DNA of 64,000 nucleotides from positions 1,472,001-1,536,000 of the forward strand of contig OY969559.1 in the NCBI GenBank assembly GCA_963701075.1. Reading direction: 5' to 3'. The notes beneath the pieces were generated by a model that did not search any database, was not told the origin of the DNA, and saw only the letters and a list, made by a program, of their open reading frames with translations. Below are positions 1-10,461 of the stretch, piece by piece. Source of the stretch: an uncultured Nitrososphaerota archaeon. Its GTDB lineage: Archaea > Thermoproteota > Nitrososphaeria > Nitrososphaerales > Nitrosopumilaceae. Within the stretch, counting starts at the first letter, position 1, and every line of letters starts with the position of its first letter. A program made the translations under genes and the position numbers.

Positions 1-30
1 TTGAACAAGAGCAAGACGTCCAAGAATAAT

Positions 31-909
31 TTATTTCATCACAGGAAAGTGGAATGCAGCATCAAGTGCAATTCCTACAAATATTATTGTAAGATATGGA
101 GCAGTCACCTTGTAGGCTTTCCACGCAAAGTCTGAAGTCGGAGTCTTTGTCAGTTTGTAATGATACAGCAACATAAGACTGCCTGATACTGCAGCAATTG
201 CAAGATAGACATAACCTAATCCAAATGCTACAAGTGCCAATGAATATGGAAGCAATATTGCGGTGTTGACAAGTATGTATTTTGATGTCCTTTGCATGCC
301 AATCAATACTGGCAACATTGGAACATGTGCTTCTGCATAGTCATCTCTTATCTTCATTGCAAGACACCAAAAGTGGGAGGGAGTCCACGCAAAGACAAGA
401 ATGCCTACAAGTGCTCCCAGTATATCCATAGAGCCAGTCGCAGCTGACCATCCTGCCATGGCAGCACAGCTACCAGCAAAACCTCCAATTACAATATTGG
501 ATGAATTCGTACGCTTGAGCCACGCCGTATAGACTATCACATAGAAGAAAACTCCTAGCGCAATGAAAAATGTAGAAATTGGATTCAGGGTAAACCATGC
601 ATAAATTACAGAGGCGGCACTTACAATTAGACCATATATCAAAACATTTCTTGCAGACATCCTTCCCGATGGGATTGGTCTGTTACTGGTTCTTTTCATC
701 AACAGATCGATGTCTCGATCATAATAGTGATTAAGAGCACTTGAGCCGGCTGAAGAAAGCGATCCGGCTATGATTATGTGCAGTAGACTGACATAGTTAA
801 GTGGAGGACCTATCAATTTGCTGGCTGCGTACATCGATGTTACGGCAGTAATTACAAGCAAAACTACTATACGGGGCTTTGATATCTCCAGTATTTCTTT
901 TAATCCCAC
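31..909 (-). CDS. cyoE: Protoheme IX farnesyltransferase (heme O synthase)
   Basis: UbiA-family motifs KPRIV, LNHYYDRDID..MKRT..RPIPSG, YTAWLKR and WTPSHFW; multi-pass hydrophobic protein. Confidence 0.95.
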   Translation of the reverse strand: MGLKEILEISKPRIVVLLVITAVTSMYAASKLIGPPLNYVSLLHIIIAGSLSSAGSSALNHYYDRDIDLLMKRTSNRPIPSGRMSARNVLIYGLIVSAASVIYAWFTLNPISTFFIALGVFFYVIVYTAWLKRTNSSNIVIGGFAGSCAAMAGWSAATGSMDILGALVGILVFAWTPSHFWCLAMKIRDDYAEAHVPMLPVLIGMQRTSKYILVNTAILLPYSLALVAFGLGYVYLAIAAVSGSLMLLYHYKLTKTPTSDFAWKAYKVTAPYLTIIFVGIALDAAFHFPVMK

Positions 910-1003
910 TAGTCTTAGCGAGTCTGCTGGGAATTTAATTTCTTCGAAGTTTGTCGCGAGAGGTCAAAAGAATTAAGTACCTCACTTAATCGAACTACCA
1001 CAG

Positions 1004-2101
1004 ATGAGCGACTGGGATCTAATGATGCCTGGTATGGGTTTGACCGCCATAGGTCTTGGAGGAGTCATTTTATCATACTTGGGAATTGCCAATACTTTCC
1101 TTACAGGAATGCAGGCACTTTCAGGTTTGACCATGTTTGTAGGCATGGTGTTCTTGTCCGCAGGAATTCTAAGCGGAGGTGTTTCAACTAGTCCAAGAGC
1201 TAAAGCAACAACTCTTGTAATATTTGGAATTGCAGGCTCGGTAGGAGCTTATGCAATAAGTCTGAATACCGTCATAACATCATTGCCTAGATTTGTAGGC
1301 GTTTTAATCATCATAATCATACCAAGTGTTGTCATAGCATTTTCTTCTATGAAGGCACAAAAATATTTCAGGCCCATATCTATAATATTTTTGGCTGCAA
1401 TGGCAGTTGGAGTTGGATCATTTACTGCATTTGGATTCATAGGACCAGGTGCACAATTCTCGTTGCATTCACTAAATGAAACTAATGCAACACAAGCAGC
1501 TAATCAGACTTTGCCAACAGCACCAGTAATATCTGTCACCATTCCAGTCAATGCATCCATCAAAGGAAATCCAAACTTTACACCCAATACTGTAACTGTT
1601 CCAAAAGGGGACATAATAGAGTGGACCAATAATGACACAGTACCTCACACTGTAACAAACGCTCCAGACGGTTCAATATTTGATTCTAATTTGATTTCAG
1701 CTGGTAAGACATACTCACTTGATACATCAAAATTAAATGCAACAGAATATGATTACATGTGCACAGTGCACCCATTCATGACAGGCAAGATAATAATAAC
1801 TCAACCACTTGTCGCAAATGTTACAATCTCAAAAGGTGCATCCACACAAAGTGCTGGACAAAAATATTTTGATCCAGCAAGTATTTCTGTCAAAGTTGGA
1901 ACAACTGTAATTTGGACTAACCAAGACGCTGCATCTCACACAGTCACAAGCGGTGATCCAAGTGCTGGACCCTCAGGAACATTTGATTCTAGTCTGATCA
2001 AACCCGGAGATACATTCAAGCATGCGTTTACAACAGCCGGTACAACATCATACTTCTGTACAGTTCATCCATGGATGACTGGAAAAGTAATAGTAGGATG
2101 A
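1004..2101 (+). CDS. Membrane-anchored protein with two plastocyanin/azurin-like (type-1 Cu) cupredoxin domains
   Basis: About 5 N-terminal TM segments, then two repeats of W.N.D...HTVT ... Y.CTVHP(F/W)MTGK giving His/Cys/His/Met ligands. Confidence 0.9.
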   Translation: MSDWDLMMPGMGLTAIGLGGVILSYLGIANTFLTGMQALSGLTMFVGMVFLSAGILSGGVSTSPRAKATTLVIFGIAGSVGAYAISLNTVITSLPRFVGVLIIIIIPSVVIAFSSMKAQKYFRPISIIFLAAMAVGVGSFTAFGFIGPGAQFSLHSLNETNATQAANQTLPTAPVISVTIPVNASIKGNPNFTPNTVTVPKGDIIEWTNNDTVPHTVTNAPDGSIFDSNLISAGKTYSLDTSKLNATEYDYMCTVHPFMTGKIIITQPLVANVTISKGASTQSAGQKYFDPASISVKVGTTVIWTNQDAASHTVTSGDPSAGPSGTFDSSLIKPGDTFKHAFTTAGTTSYFCTVHPWMTGKVIVG

Positions 2102-2511
2102 CATTACAAAAAGAGATAACACTTTCCAAAAATCATGTTGACATACTAATACTACATGCAAAGAAAAATGAACCCAATGAATCTTGTGCCATACTTTTTG
2201 GAAAGAATGACGATGGGCAGTTTTTAACATCAGATGTTTTTCTAACAGAGAATTCAGAGCCCTCACCTGTTAATTTCACCATATCAAACGATGATCTCAT
2301 AAAAGCATATGAAGAATCTGAGAAGAGGAATTTAGAAGTCGTGGCAATATTCCACTCCCATCCAAACTCGATAACTTATCCCTCTTCCACAGACCTCCAA
2401 TACATGGAAGTAAATCCAGTTCCATGGGTTATCTATTCAAATGTAAATAACGAATTTAGGGCATATATTTTAGAATCGACTATTGTACCAGTTAATGTAA
2501 CAATCCTCTAG
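2098..2511 (+). CDS. JAMM/MPN (M67) metalloprotease
   Basis: PNESCAIL and FHSHP......PSSTD JAMM motif. The ATG at 2098 overlaps the upstream stop (ATGA). Confidence 0.88.
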   Translation: MTLQKEITLSKNHVDILILHAKKNEPNESCAILFGKNDDGQFLTSDVFLTENSEPSPVNFTISNDDLIKAYEESEKRNLEVVAIFHSHPNSITYPSSTDLQYMEVNPVPWVIYSNVNNEFRAYILESTIVPVNVTIL

Positions 2512-2513
2512 CA

Positions 2514-2621
2514 TTATTGCTTGTGTATGTTCTTTTTATGTCGCTCAAAATGCTCTTTATCTACAAAGGTTGCGCTACAATCCTTACATTTGAATCCGGC
2601 TTTTTGGCCCCACACTGACAA
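2514..2621 (-). CDS. Small C2H2 zinc-finger protein (35 aa, not in ORF track)
   Basis: Manual translation from a TTG start: MSVWGQKAGFKCKDCSATFVDKEHFERHKKNIHKQ, a canonical C-x2-C-x12-H-x4-H. Confidence 0.6.
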   Translation of the reverse strand: MSVWGQKAGFKCKDCSATFVDKEHFERHKKNIHKQ

Positions 2622-2927
2622 GTAATACACGCAAGTTACGTAAAAGAATTGCTCTCACTAAACGTAATCTTTGTGCCATTATGGACTTTATTCACAAATT
2701 CCTTGAAGTCTGGATATGATGGGAAGACAAGTCACGGGGAGATACCGCATCTTGTCATTTGACTCGATAGTAGTGGAAAACAACTGAAATGATCGAACAG
2801 TGGTGCAAATTCGTTATCAAATTCTAGAATAATATTCTTGATCTTTGGAAGATCGACAGTACTTTACGTATCACAATAAAAACCCGCGGGATTTAGAATA
2901 AATATCCCTTTTTTATCCATCAAAAAC

Positions 2928-3185
2928 ATGGAAATTCACGTATACGACACATATGTAGAGGCAAAGGACGGCCATACGATGCACTTTGATGTCATTACAA
3001 ATGTAAAAGATCATCAAAAGGCAATCCAGTATGCAAGAGAATGGCTTAAGACAATAAATGAGTCAGAGGCAAAAGTTACAACTGAAGAGTGCCAATTCTG
3101 TCACTCACAAGGTGCACCTCAGCCAATTGCTAACGAGATCCAACAGAAAGGATACTTTATCCAGAAGATGGAAGGCTGTCCGTAG
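2928..3185 (+). CDS. DUF2024 family protein
   Basis: VYDTYV...DG.TMHFDV and C.FCHS motifs. Confidence 0.8.
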   Translation: MEIHVYDTYVEAKDGHTMHFDVITNVKDHQKAIQYAREWLKTINESEAKVTTEECQFCHSQGAPQPIANEIQQKGYFIQKMEGCP

Positions 3186-3257
3186 CTACCTTTTTCAATT
3201 TTTTAAACTCATTATTTTTGAAAACTCTTTTTAGATCGCTTCATCCTATTTGATATC

Positions 3258-3455
3258 ATGGTAAACAATAGCAAATACAACAAACTGACAGTAGAAGGTG
3301 AGATCCAAACCAAGTGGATATGTGGTTGTTTTGAAACTGTGGACGGATTCTTCAAGTTTTGTCCAGAACATAACAATGCAATGAAAAAAACAATAGAGGC
3401 TCAAATAGACGAGCTTGACATGACATTGATTGTGGATGATAAAAAATCAGAATAA
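3258..3455 (+). CDS. Small hypothetical protein, possible Zn-binding (CGC...CPEH)
   Basis: 65-aa ORF with W.CGC and FCPEH. Confidence 0.6.
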   Translation: MVNNSKYNKLTVEGEIQTKWICGCFETVDGFFKFCPEHNNAMKKTIEAQIDELDMTLIVDDKKSE

Positions 3456-3456
3456 T

Positions 3457-5490
3457 CTACAGTACAAAGATAGCAACAAACGCAGATACGAAAACTATTG
3501 CTACGGTGTTTAACAATTTAATGACTGTATTTAGTGCGGGTCCGGCAGTATCCTTGTATGGATCCCCAATTATATCACCAACAATTGCTATCTTGTGTTC
3601 TTCTGTTCCCTTTTGTTTGTTAATTTCCATGTATTTTTTGGCATTGTCCCACGCACCACCAGTATTTGCCAGATGGAATGCCAGGAAAATTCCTGTAATT
3701 ACTGCACCCATTAAAAGTCCAACAACTGCAGATGGGCCTAAAACTATACCAAGTACTATGGGCGCTGCAATTGTTATTGCCGCAGATTTCCAAAGCTCAC
3801 GTAATGACGCTACTGTTGCAACATCAACACATTTTGCATAATCTGGCTTTACCTCGTATGTCAAAATGCCTGGAGACTCCTTGAATTGTCGCCTTACTTC
3901 TTCTACCATTTTAGAAGCTGCCCTTGCTACTGCGGCAATAAGCTGACTTGTAATAAAGAACGGCAATAGGCCACCTACAAGCAATCCGACAACTACCGCA
4001 GGGTTTGAAAGACTGTAATCAAAAATATGATGGAATACTTTTCCTGCCTCATACTGAAATGCTTGGATCATAGCTAGTGCGGCAAGTCCTGCACTAGCAA
4101 TTGCAAAACCTTTAGTCACAGCCTTTGTAGTATTTCCTACTGCGTCAATTTCATCTGTGACTTTACGATTTTCTTCCCCCATACCTGTCATTTCTACAAT
4201 TCCACCTGCATTGTCGCTGATAGGGCCAAATGCATCTATACTCAACACAATTCCTGCAAGGCTTAACATAGCCATGGCTGTAAGCGATGTACCAAATATT
4301 CCATAAAGCGTAGTTTGCGTAGGATCTGGCGCTGCAGATGATGCCAATACATATGATGTAGCTAAAGCCACAACAATTGCAATCATAAACGGGCCAGTGG
4401 AACGCATTCCTTGGATTATTCCCATTAGTGTAAGTGACGCATATCCCCATTTTGCAGAAGCAGCAATTTCTTGGACTGGTTTGAATCTATAACTTGTAAA
4501 GTAATCTGTGATTCTCTGTATTACTGGTACCAGAATAACTCCTATTACCGTACTACCAAACAGTGCATACGCGATCTTCGTATGACCAAGAAACAAATAT
4601 GTAAAAACAAAATTAAGCGCGATTGCTATTGCAGCCGAAACATAAAATGCGTTGGCAAGTGGCTTGTTTACATCCGTCATCTTTCTTGGAGTTATGGTTG
4701 CAATACCAATAATAGATGCAAATAATCCTGAAGCACCGATTAACATTGGATAAAACAAGTTCTGAGGAGTTCCAATCAGCCCGGCAATCAGTAGCGATGC
4801 AAGCATTGTTACAATATATGATTCATAAATATCAGACCCCATTCCAGCTGCGTCTCCTACATTGTCTCCCACGTTATCAGCAATCGTTGCTGGGTTTCGC
4901 GGATCATCCTCTGGGATATTTGCTTCCACCTTTCCTACCAAGTCTGCACCCATGTCGGCAGCCTTTGTGAAGATCCCTCCACCAACCCTGATAAACAAGG
5001 CAATCAAGCTAGCACCAATGCCAACACCTGCAATTGTGATAGGACTTGGAAATGCAAAATAGAGTAAACTCATGCCCAAGAGAGCCATGGCAGGCACGGC
5101 AAGACCTACTGTTGCCCCACCCCTAAATGCAAGAGCAAAGGTATGCCCAAGCCCTTTTCCGGACGCATTTGCAGCTCGAACCGCTGCCTTTACTGTAATT
5201 TTAAGTGCGATCAATCCGGCAATAGCAGAAAGCCCTGCACCAACAGAAAAAGCAATGCCATTAGTAAAGCCAATTGCGGTACCGATCAAGACAGCAAGAC
5301 CTATGGCAATAGGAATAACAATTCTAAACTCTCTTCTCAAAAACGCCATTGCGCCTACCCCCACCGCATTTGAAATATCTAGCATCTGCTGTGTTCCAGG
5401 CTTTTGTTTAGATACCCATGCTGCAAGTACTGCTGCAATGATAAAAGATATGATTGACGCGCCAACCGGAATCAGTTCTTTGAGCGTCAT
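3457..5490 (-). CDS. hppA: Membrane-integral H+-translocating pyrophosphatase (K+-independent type)
   Basis: GGIFTKAADMGADLVGKVE, DNVGDNVGD, GNTTKA (Lys at the K+-dependence position), GGAWDNAKK and GDPYKDTAGP. Confidence 0.96.
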   Translation of the reverse strand: MTLKELIPVGASIISFIIAAVLAAWVSKQKPGTQQMLDISNAVGVGAMAFLRREFRIVIPIAIGLAVLIGTAIGFTNGIAFSVGAGLSAIAGLIALKITVKAAVRAANASGKGLGHTFALAFRGGATVGLAVPAMALLGMSLLYFAFPSPITIAGVGIGASLIALFIRVGGGIFTKAADMGADLVGKVEANIPEDDPRNPATIADNVGDNVGDAAGMGSDIYESYIVTMLASLLIAGLIGTPQNLFYPMLIGASGLFASIIGIATITPRKMTDVNKPLANAFYVSAAIAIALNFVFTYLFLGHTKIAYALFGSTVIGVILVPVIQRITDYFTSYRFKPVQEIAASAKWGYASLTLMGIIQGMRSTGPFMIAIVVALATSYVLASSAAPDPTQTTLYGIFGTSLTAMAMLSLAGIVLSIDAFGPISDNAGGIVEMTGMGEENRKVTDEIDAVGNTTKAVTKGFAIASAGLAALAMIQAFQYEAGKVFHHIFDYSLSNPAVVVGLLVGGLLPFFITSQLIAAVARAASKMVEEVRRQFKESPGILTYEVKPDYAKCVDVATVASLRELWKSAAITIAAPIVLGIVLGPSAVVGLLMGAVITGIFLAFHLANTGGAWDNAKKYMEINKQKGTEEHKIAIVGDIIGDPYKDTAGPALNTVIKLLNTVAIVFVSAFVAIFVL

Positions 5491-5589
5491 CTGAAAGTAA
5501 GACTCGGATGGGGTATTTATATAAATTTATTCTACTTTACTCATATAATGTTATAATGGAGTGATTTAAAATAATTTTAAGAAGAATTT

Positions 5590-5994
5590 TTACACTCTTT
5601 TTCTATACGGTTTGAAATTTTTTCCTGCCAAGCCTTGTCTTACTAGCTTGTTGAAGCGCTTTCCATGACTCAAGTATGGAAACCGAAAATGAATGAGCTC
5701 GTGCACTATTGTATTTTCAAGGGTCCTGTCATCAGGTATTTTCTTGATATTTACAAAGACGAGATTGTGTTGCAAATATGACACCCCCAAGTATTTGTAA
5801 GCCGAAGTCCTCCTTCCCTCGGTAATTTCCTTTGGCATGTCAAGAACCTCTCTAGTTGTTAGCAACACTCTGGGTTCTGAAATTCCAAATCTGCTTGAAT
5901 AGATTCCAACTTTTTCCAATATCTTAACTTTCAAATCTAAATCACACTTCATTGCTTGAGGATCTTCTGGAAATAGTTTAATTAGAATTGTCAA
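5590..5994 (-). CDS. Putative HEXXH metalloprotease (SprT/YgjP-like)
   Basis: IVHELIH......HGKRF motif. Confidence 0.7.
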   Translation of the reverse strand: MTILIKLFPEDPQAMKCDLDLKVKILEKVGIYSSRFGISEPRVLLTTREVLDMPKEITEGRRTSAYKYLGVSYLQHNLVFVNIKKIPDDRTLENTIVHELIHFRFPYLSHGKRFNKLVRQGLAGKNFKPYRKRV

Positions 5995-6110
5995 ATATCG
6001 TGCAAGAGTTTGTGTATTTTTCCAAGTTTACCAGAAAAGTGGTTATTTAGGGTCAGAACTTGTGTAGTTTAATCATCACATCATACAGCCACCGTGTCAT
6101 CATACCCCAA

Positions 6111-6605
6111 CTAACTCATAGAATTCATAATCTTAGTTACCTTATTTCTTATCTCTTCGGTTACCTTTACAATGACTAGCCCTTCATTTGGTTGCCCATA
6201 CATGATGACAGAATTTTTAGGAGCATGCATGGCAACAGGTAAGACCAAGAGGTCTTCCTCACCTTTTACGATTATTCTAACCGGTACATCTGCCTGAAAG
6301 GCCTTTTTTATGATAGATATGCTCTCGCTAGTAATCTCTGCTGCTGGGTTTACGCATTCAAGAGTCGTTCTTACTTTTCCTAGTGGCAGGCTTCTCTTGT
6401 TCCTCTTTTCCAGTGAATCGACTATCTGCAATGATGGATCAAGTCCAAATTTTATCATCTTCTCAGTTGTGGCATCTCCAACTGTTATCAAAAAGACATC
6501 CTTTGGCATAATTTGTAAAATAGTCTCTTTTGTTACCTCTGAATCCTTAATTAATAATCCCATAGGTTTTTTGAGACTATCACGCAGAGTGTCTGGCAGA
6601 TGCAT
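6111..6605 (-). CDS. GTP-dependent dephospho-CoA kinase (DUF359)
   Basis: LKKPMG, TVGDAT, VNPAAEI, GEEDLL and YGQPNEG motifs. Confidence 0.9.
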   Translation of the reverse strand: MHLPDTLRDSLKKPMGLLIKDSEVTKETILQIMPKDVFLITVGDATTEKMIKFGLDPSLQIVDSLEKRNKRSLPLGKVRTTLECVNPAAEITSESISIIKKAFQADVPVRIIVKGEEDLLVLPVAMHAPKNSVIMYGQPNEGLVIVKVTEEIRNKVTKIMNSMS

Positions 6606-6630
6606 GAGATACCTTTGTTTTATTCTATTT

Positions 6631-7713
6631 TTATGTAGTTGCTTCTGCAGTCATTTCCTCACTAAGCTGACTTGCAATCACACTGCATCTTGCTGCCACA
6701 TTCTTTGCCACGGTCATAAATGCCTGAGCGTTAGGAGAATTTGGATCAGTGACAAGTACTGGTCTGCCGCTGTCAGAGCTTTCCATGATACCCGGATTTA
6801 AAGGAATTCCACCCAAGAATGGCAGATTGTGTTTTTCACCCATTCTTTTTGCGCCATCTTTACCAAAGATGTAATGATCAGTATTGCAATTATTACATTT
6901 GAAGTAGCTCATATTTTCTATCACACCAATGATTGGTACGTTGAGTTTTTGGAACATGCCAAATGCCTTTACTGCAACATTGCTTGCAACTTCTTGAGGA
7001 GTGGTTACAACGACTATACCAGTAATAGGAATTGTTTGAGCTAGTGTCAACGGGATATCTCCTGTTCCTGGCGGAAGGTCTACAATTAGATAATCAAGAT
7101 CACTCCAGTTAGTATCTACCAAAAATTGTTTTAAAATTCCTGAAATTATGGGACCGCGATATATTGCAGCCTGGTGTTCCTGATCAGCAAAGAATCCAAA
7201 TGATACTACTTTTAATCCGTGTGATTCTGCAGGTTGTAGTTTGTTATTTTCAACTTCCAGTGCAGCTTTTCCCATTCCGAGCATAAGCGGTACACTTGGA
7301 CCGTAAATATCTGCATCAAGAATTCCAACTCTAGCACCGGTGTTTGCAAGAGCCAGTGCAAGATTTACAGAAACAGTTGTCTTACCTACTCCGCCCTTTC
7401 CACTTGCAACGCCTATGATATTCTTAACAGTAGGAAGCATCTCGTCCATGCTTAGTGCACGGCCTTCCATGACTTTGGCAGTAACTTTGATGTCTGGCTT
7501 TGATACCCCAGGAATCTTCGATAGTGCTTGGCGGACATCTTGTTCTATCTGCTCATTGAAAGGGCATGCAGGAGTGGTTAATTCCAGAGTAAACTTGAGA
7601 TTATTGCCATTTATCTCCAGATCCTTTATCATGCCCATTGAGACAATATCTTTTTTGAGATCTGGGTCAATTACTGTACTTAATGTCTGTAAAACCTCAT
7701 CAACTGATACCAT
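6631..7713 (-). CDS. mrp: Mrp/NBP35 Fe-S cluster carrier ATPase with N-terminal DUF59
   Basis: TTPACP; SGKGGVGKTT; DADIYGPS; DLPPGTGD; ENMS..C..C. Confidence 0.93.
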   Translation of the reverse strand: MVSVDEVLQTLSTVIDPDLKKDIVSMGMIKDLEINGNNLKFTLELTTPACPFNEQIEQDVRQALSKIPGVSKPDIKVTAKVMEGRALSMDEMLPTVKNIIGVASGKGGVGKTTVSVNLALALANTGARVGILDADIYGPSVPLMLGMGKAALEVENNKLQPAESHGLKVVSFGFFADQEHQAAIYRGPIISGILKQFLVDTNWSDLDYLIVDLPPGTGDIPLTLAQTIPITGIVVVTTPQEVASNVAVKAFGMFQKLNVPIIGVIENMSYFKCNNCNTDHYIFGKDGAKRMGEKHNLPFLGGIPLNPGIMESSDSGRPVLVTDPNSPNAQAFMTVAKNVAARCSVIASQLSEEMTAEATT

Positions 7714-7811
7714 ACAATAAAAAATTCCTTAGTACGATATTTAAACATAGGCAAAAATAGCATACAAGTTATCCAAAGATTCATAAATTCAAATTTTACC
7801 AGTTTTTTTGA

Positions 7812-8411
7812 TTGTTTTCTATATCAACCCTTACTGATGTAGTTAGAATTCCTCCAAAGTTATTTGGCGAGTCACTGAAAAAGGCAGCCATAACAATTTT
7901 GAGAGAGAAGTATGAAAGTATGATAAATCCTGAATTGGGATATGTCATAATGATCATGGATACCAAAGTCGAGAAGATGGGTAAAATCATTGCAGGAGAC
8001 GGAGGTACTTATCACAGAGTAGAGTTTACCGCACTTACATTCCATCCAAAGCTTCAAGAAATTGTCAGAGGCGAAATTGTTGAAATTACAGACTTTGGAG
8101 CATTTGTAAGAATTGGTGCAACAGATGCTTTGTTACACTTGTCACAAATAATGGATGACTATCTAAAGAGCGATGTAAAGTCTGGCATGATTTTGGCTAA
8201 CCAAAGTGGAAGAACCATGAAGATTGGTACAACTCTTCGAGCAAGAATTACCGCAGTGTCATTAGGCAAGACTGCTGCAATGAAAGTTGGTATAACTTGC
8301 AGACAACCATTTCTTGGTGCAGATGAATGGATCGAAGAAGAGATAAAGAAAGCAAAAACTCCTCCAACACCACAAGCTGAAAAGGCTAAAAAACCTGTAG
8401 AAGCCAAGTGA
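7812..8411 (+). CDS. rpoE1: DNA-directed RNA polymerase subunit E' (Rpo7)
   Basis: VRIPP, GDGGTY, S1 domain FGAFV and CRQPFLG...WIEE. Confidence 0.95.
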   Translation: MFSISTLTDVVRIPPKLFGESLKKAAITILREKYESMINPELGYVIMIMDTKVEKMGKIIAGDGGTYHRVEFTALTFHPKLQEIVRGEIVEITDFGAFVRIGATDALLHLSQIMDDYLKSDVKSGMILANQSGRTMKIGTTLRARITAVSLGKTAAMKVGITCRQPFLGADEWIEEEIKKAKTPPTPQAEKAKKPVEAK

Positions 8412-8417
8412 TAAAAA

Positions 8418-8606
8418 ATGGTTAGAGAGATGGCTTGCCGCAAGTGCAAATTTGTAACCATTGGCAAGGTATGTGCAATTTGTAAATCAACAGACCTAAC
8501 GCCTGACTGGAGTGGCGCTGTTCTCATAGTGGATCCCATAAACTCAGTCATTGCAAAATCTTTAGGAATAACTGAAAAAGGAAAATACGCCCTCAAGGTA
8601 ACTTAG
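8418..8606 (+). CDS. spt4: Transcription elongation factor Spt4 (RpoE'')
   Basis: ACRKC...C..C, DWSG and GKYALKV; directly follows rpoE1. Confidence 0.93.
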   Translation: MVREMACRKCKFVTIGKVCAICKSTDLTPDWSGAVLIVDPINSVIAKSLGITEKGKYALKVT

Positions 8607-8607
8607 A

Positions 8608-9435
8608 TTGCACAGTCGTGCAAAAAAAGCACTAGAAACATTTCTCAAAGAAGATATTGGTAAAGGTGACATTACAAGTAATCTTCTTCCAAGAAAAAAA
8701 ATTTCTGCAAACATAATTTCGCGTCAGAGAGGCATTATTGCAGGAACGCCATATGTCAAAGAAATATTTACTTCAAGAAACTGTAAAGTCAGAATTCTAA
8801 AAAATGACGGTAGCAAGATAGAGCCTAACGACAAGATAATGATAATCTCAGGCCCTGCATACTCAGTTTTATCGTGTGAGAGGACCGCACTTAACTTGCT
8901 ATCAAGAATGAGCGGAATTGCAACCCAGACAAACAAGTTGGTAGGAATCATCAAAAGTACTAATCCAAAAGTAGAACTCTATTCCACAAGAAAAACTGCT
9001 CCTGGCTTACGTATTTTTGACAAAGAGGCCATAGAGATAGGAGGCGGCAGAAAACATCGAATTTCTCTTGACCAGATGGTCATGATAAAAGATAATCATC
9101 TAGCAGTTGCAAAGTCATTGCAAGACATAATACGTGCTGCAAAAAAACGATATAAAAAATTTGAAGTAGAGGTTGAAAACCTGGATGATGCAATAATAGC
9201 TGCAAGAGAAGGAGCGACAATCATAATGCTTGACAACATACCCCCAAAAGAGATCTTGCGTATTATCCAAGTCTTAAAACGACTCAATCTTCGAAGAGGG
9301 ATAAAAATAGAAGCGTCAGGCGGGATAGATGAATCAAATGTAAAGTCATATGCCAGAACTGGCATAGACATCATTTCCATTGGAAGATTGACCAGTTCTG
9401 CTCAAGGATTGGATTTGAGTCTTGAAGTTAACTGA
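8608..9435 (+). CDS. nadC: Nicotinate-nucleotide pyrophosphorylase (carboxylating)
   Basis: ERTALN, TRKTAPG, HR, IKDNH, EVEVE, MLDN and EASGG. Confidence 0.96.
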   Translation: MHSRAKKALETFLKEDIGKGDITSNLLPRKKISANIISRQRGIIAGTPYVKEIFTSRNCKVRILKNDGSKIEPNDKIMIISGPAYSVLSCERTALNLLSRMSGIATQTNKLVGIIKSTNPKVELYSTRKTAPGLRIFDKEAIEIGGGRKHRISLDQMVMIKDNHLAVAKSLQDIIRAAKKRYKKFEVEVENLDDAIIAAREGATIIMLDNIPPKEILRIIQVLKRLNLRRGIKIEASGGIDESNVKSYARTGIDIISIGRLTSSAQGLDLSLEVN

Positions 9436-10366
9436 TTGCAAGCATGCGCTCTATAGCTAGATGCGCTTTTTGCGCAATATTTTTTGGAACCTTGACTTCG
9501 TATTTTTCTTCCTTCAATGACAAATAGACCTTGTCAAGCGTTATCATCTTCATATATTTACAAACTGCAGAGTCTGACATTGGTATGAATTCTTTTTCAG
9601 GGTTTTGCTTTCTCATTCTGTACAGTATGCCTGTTTCTGTAGCAACAACGAATGTCTTTCCGCTAGAATTCTTTGCATGGTTCATCATTCCTTCTGTTGA
9701 CAAGATCTGAACTTGCCTGTTACCATAATCTCCACATGCAACATCGTACATGACAGATGAAGTGCAACTACACTCTGGGTGAACCAAAAACTCTGCACTT
9801 GCATATTGCGTTAGTTTTTCTTGTACTTCTTGTGGTCGTATACCTGCATGGACGTGACATTCTCCTGCCCAGATGTACATGTTTTTTCTTTCTGTCACTT
9901 TGGCTACATATGAGCCAAGAAACATATCAGGCAAAAAGAGTACTTCTTTATCGACTGGGATTGATTTTACTACATTAACGGCGTTAGACGATGTGCAGCA
10001 ATAGTCAAGCTCAGCCTTTACCTCAGCAGACGTATTTACATAACCTACAGTCACCGCGCTTGGGTGCTCACTTTTCCATTTTCTTACTTGATCAGCATTA
10101 ATAGTATCTGCAAGAGAACAGCCTGCCGACAGGTCTGGAATAAGCACCTTTTTGTCAGGACAGACAATTGCTGCAGTCTCTGCCATGAAATGCACCCCAC
10201 AAAATAGAATTGTTTTATGGTTAGTTTTTGCAGCTTGACGAGAAAGCCCTAATGAATCACCTACATAATCTGCGACATCTTGCACTTCGGGTAATTGATA
10301 ATTATGAGCAAGAATCAGCACATCGTTCTGTTCTTTTAGTTTAAGAATTTCTGATTTTAGGTCCAT
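9428..10366 (-). CDS. nadA: Quinolinate synthase
   Basis: LAHNYQ, GDSL, CGVHFMAE, GCSLA, CTSSNA, CHVH, HPEC and C.YMK. Confidence 0.97.
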   Translation of the reverse strand: MDLKSEILKLKEQNDVLILAHNYQLPEVQDVADYVGDSLGLSRQAAKTNHKTILFCGVHFMAETAAIVCPDKKVLIPDLSAGCSLADTINADQVRKWKSEHPSAVTVGYVNTSAEVKAELDYCCTSSNAVNVVKSIPVDKEVLFLPDMFLGSYVAKVTERKNMYIWAGECHVHAGIRPQEVQEKLTQYASAEFLVHPECSCTSSVMYDVACGDYGNRQVQILSTEGMMNHAKNSSGKTFVVATETGILYRMRKQNPEKEFIPMSDSAVCKYMKMITLDKVYLSLKEEKYEVKVPKNIAQKAHLAIERMLAIS

Positions 10367-10461
10367 TGTTCAGAATAAAGCTGGTCTTCCTTTCCATTTA
10401 AAGGGTCATGATATTGACAAATTTGTAGTCAGGCTGAATACATTGTGGCAATATTTGCCAT

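Noticed and set aside
2553-2567. Exact 15-mer ctctttatctacaaa identical to the aEF-2 3' end (44642-44656), which could be a distant target duplication
   Set aside because: It encodes FVDKE inside an apparently intact C2H2 micro-ORF, has no adjacent terminal-repeat motif, and the 42 kb in between is core genes. Treated as coincidence.
3506-5494. Many antisense ORFs in the ORF track (here, and over mrp, tfb, fusA and others)
   Set aside because: They are shadow frames of well-supported genes on the opposite strand.
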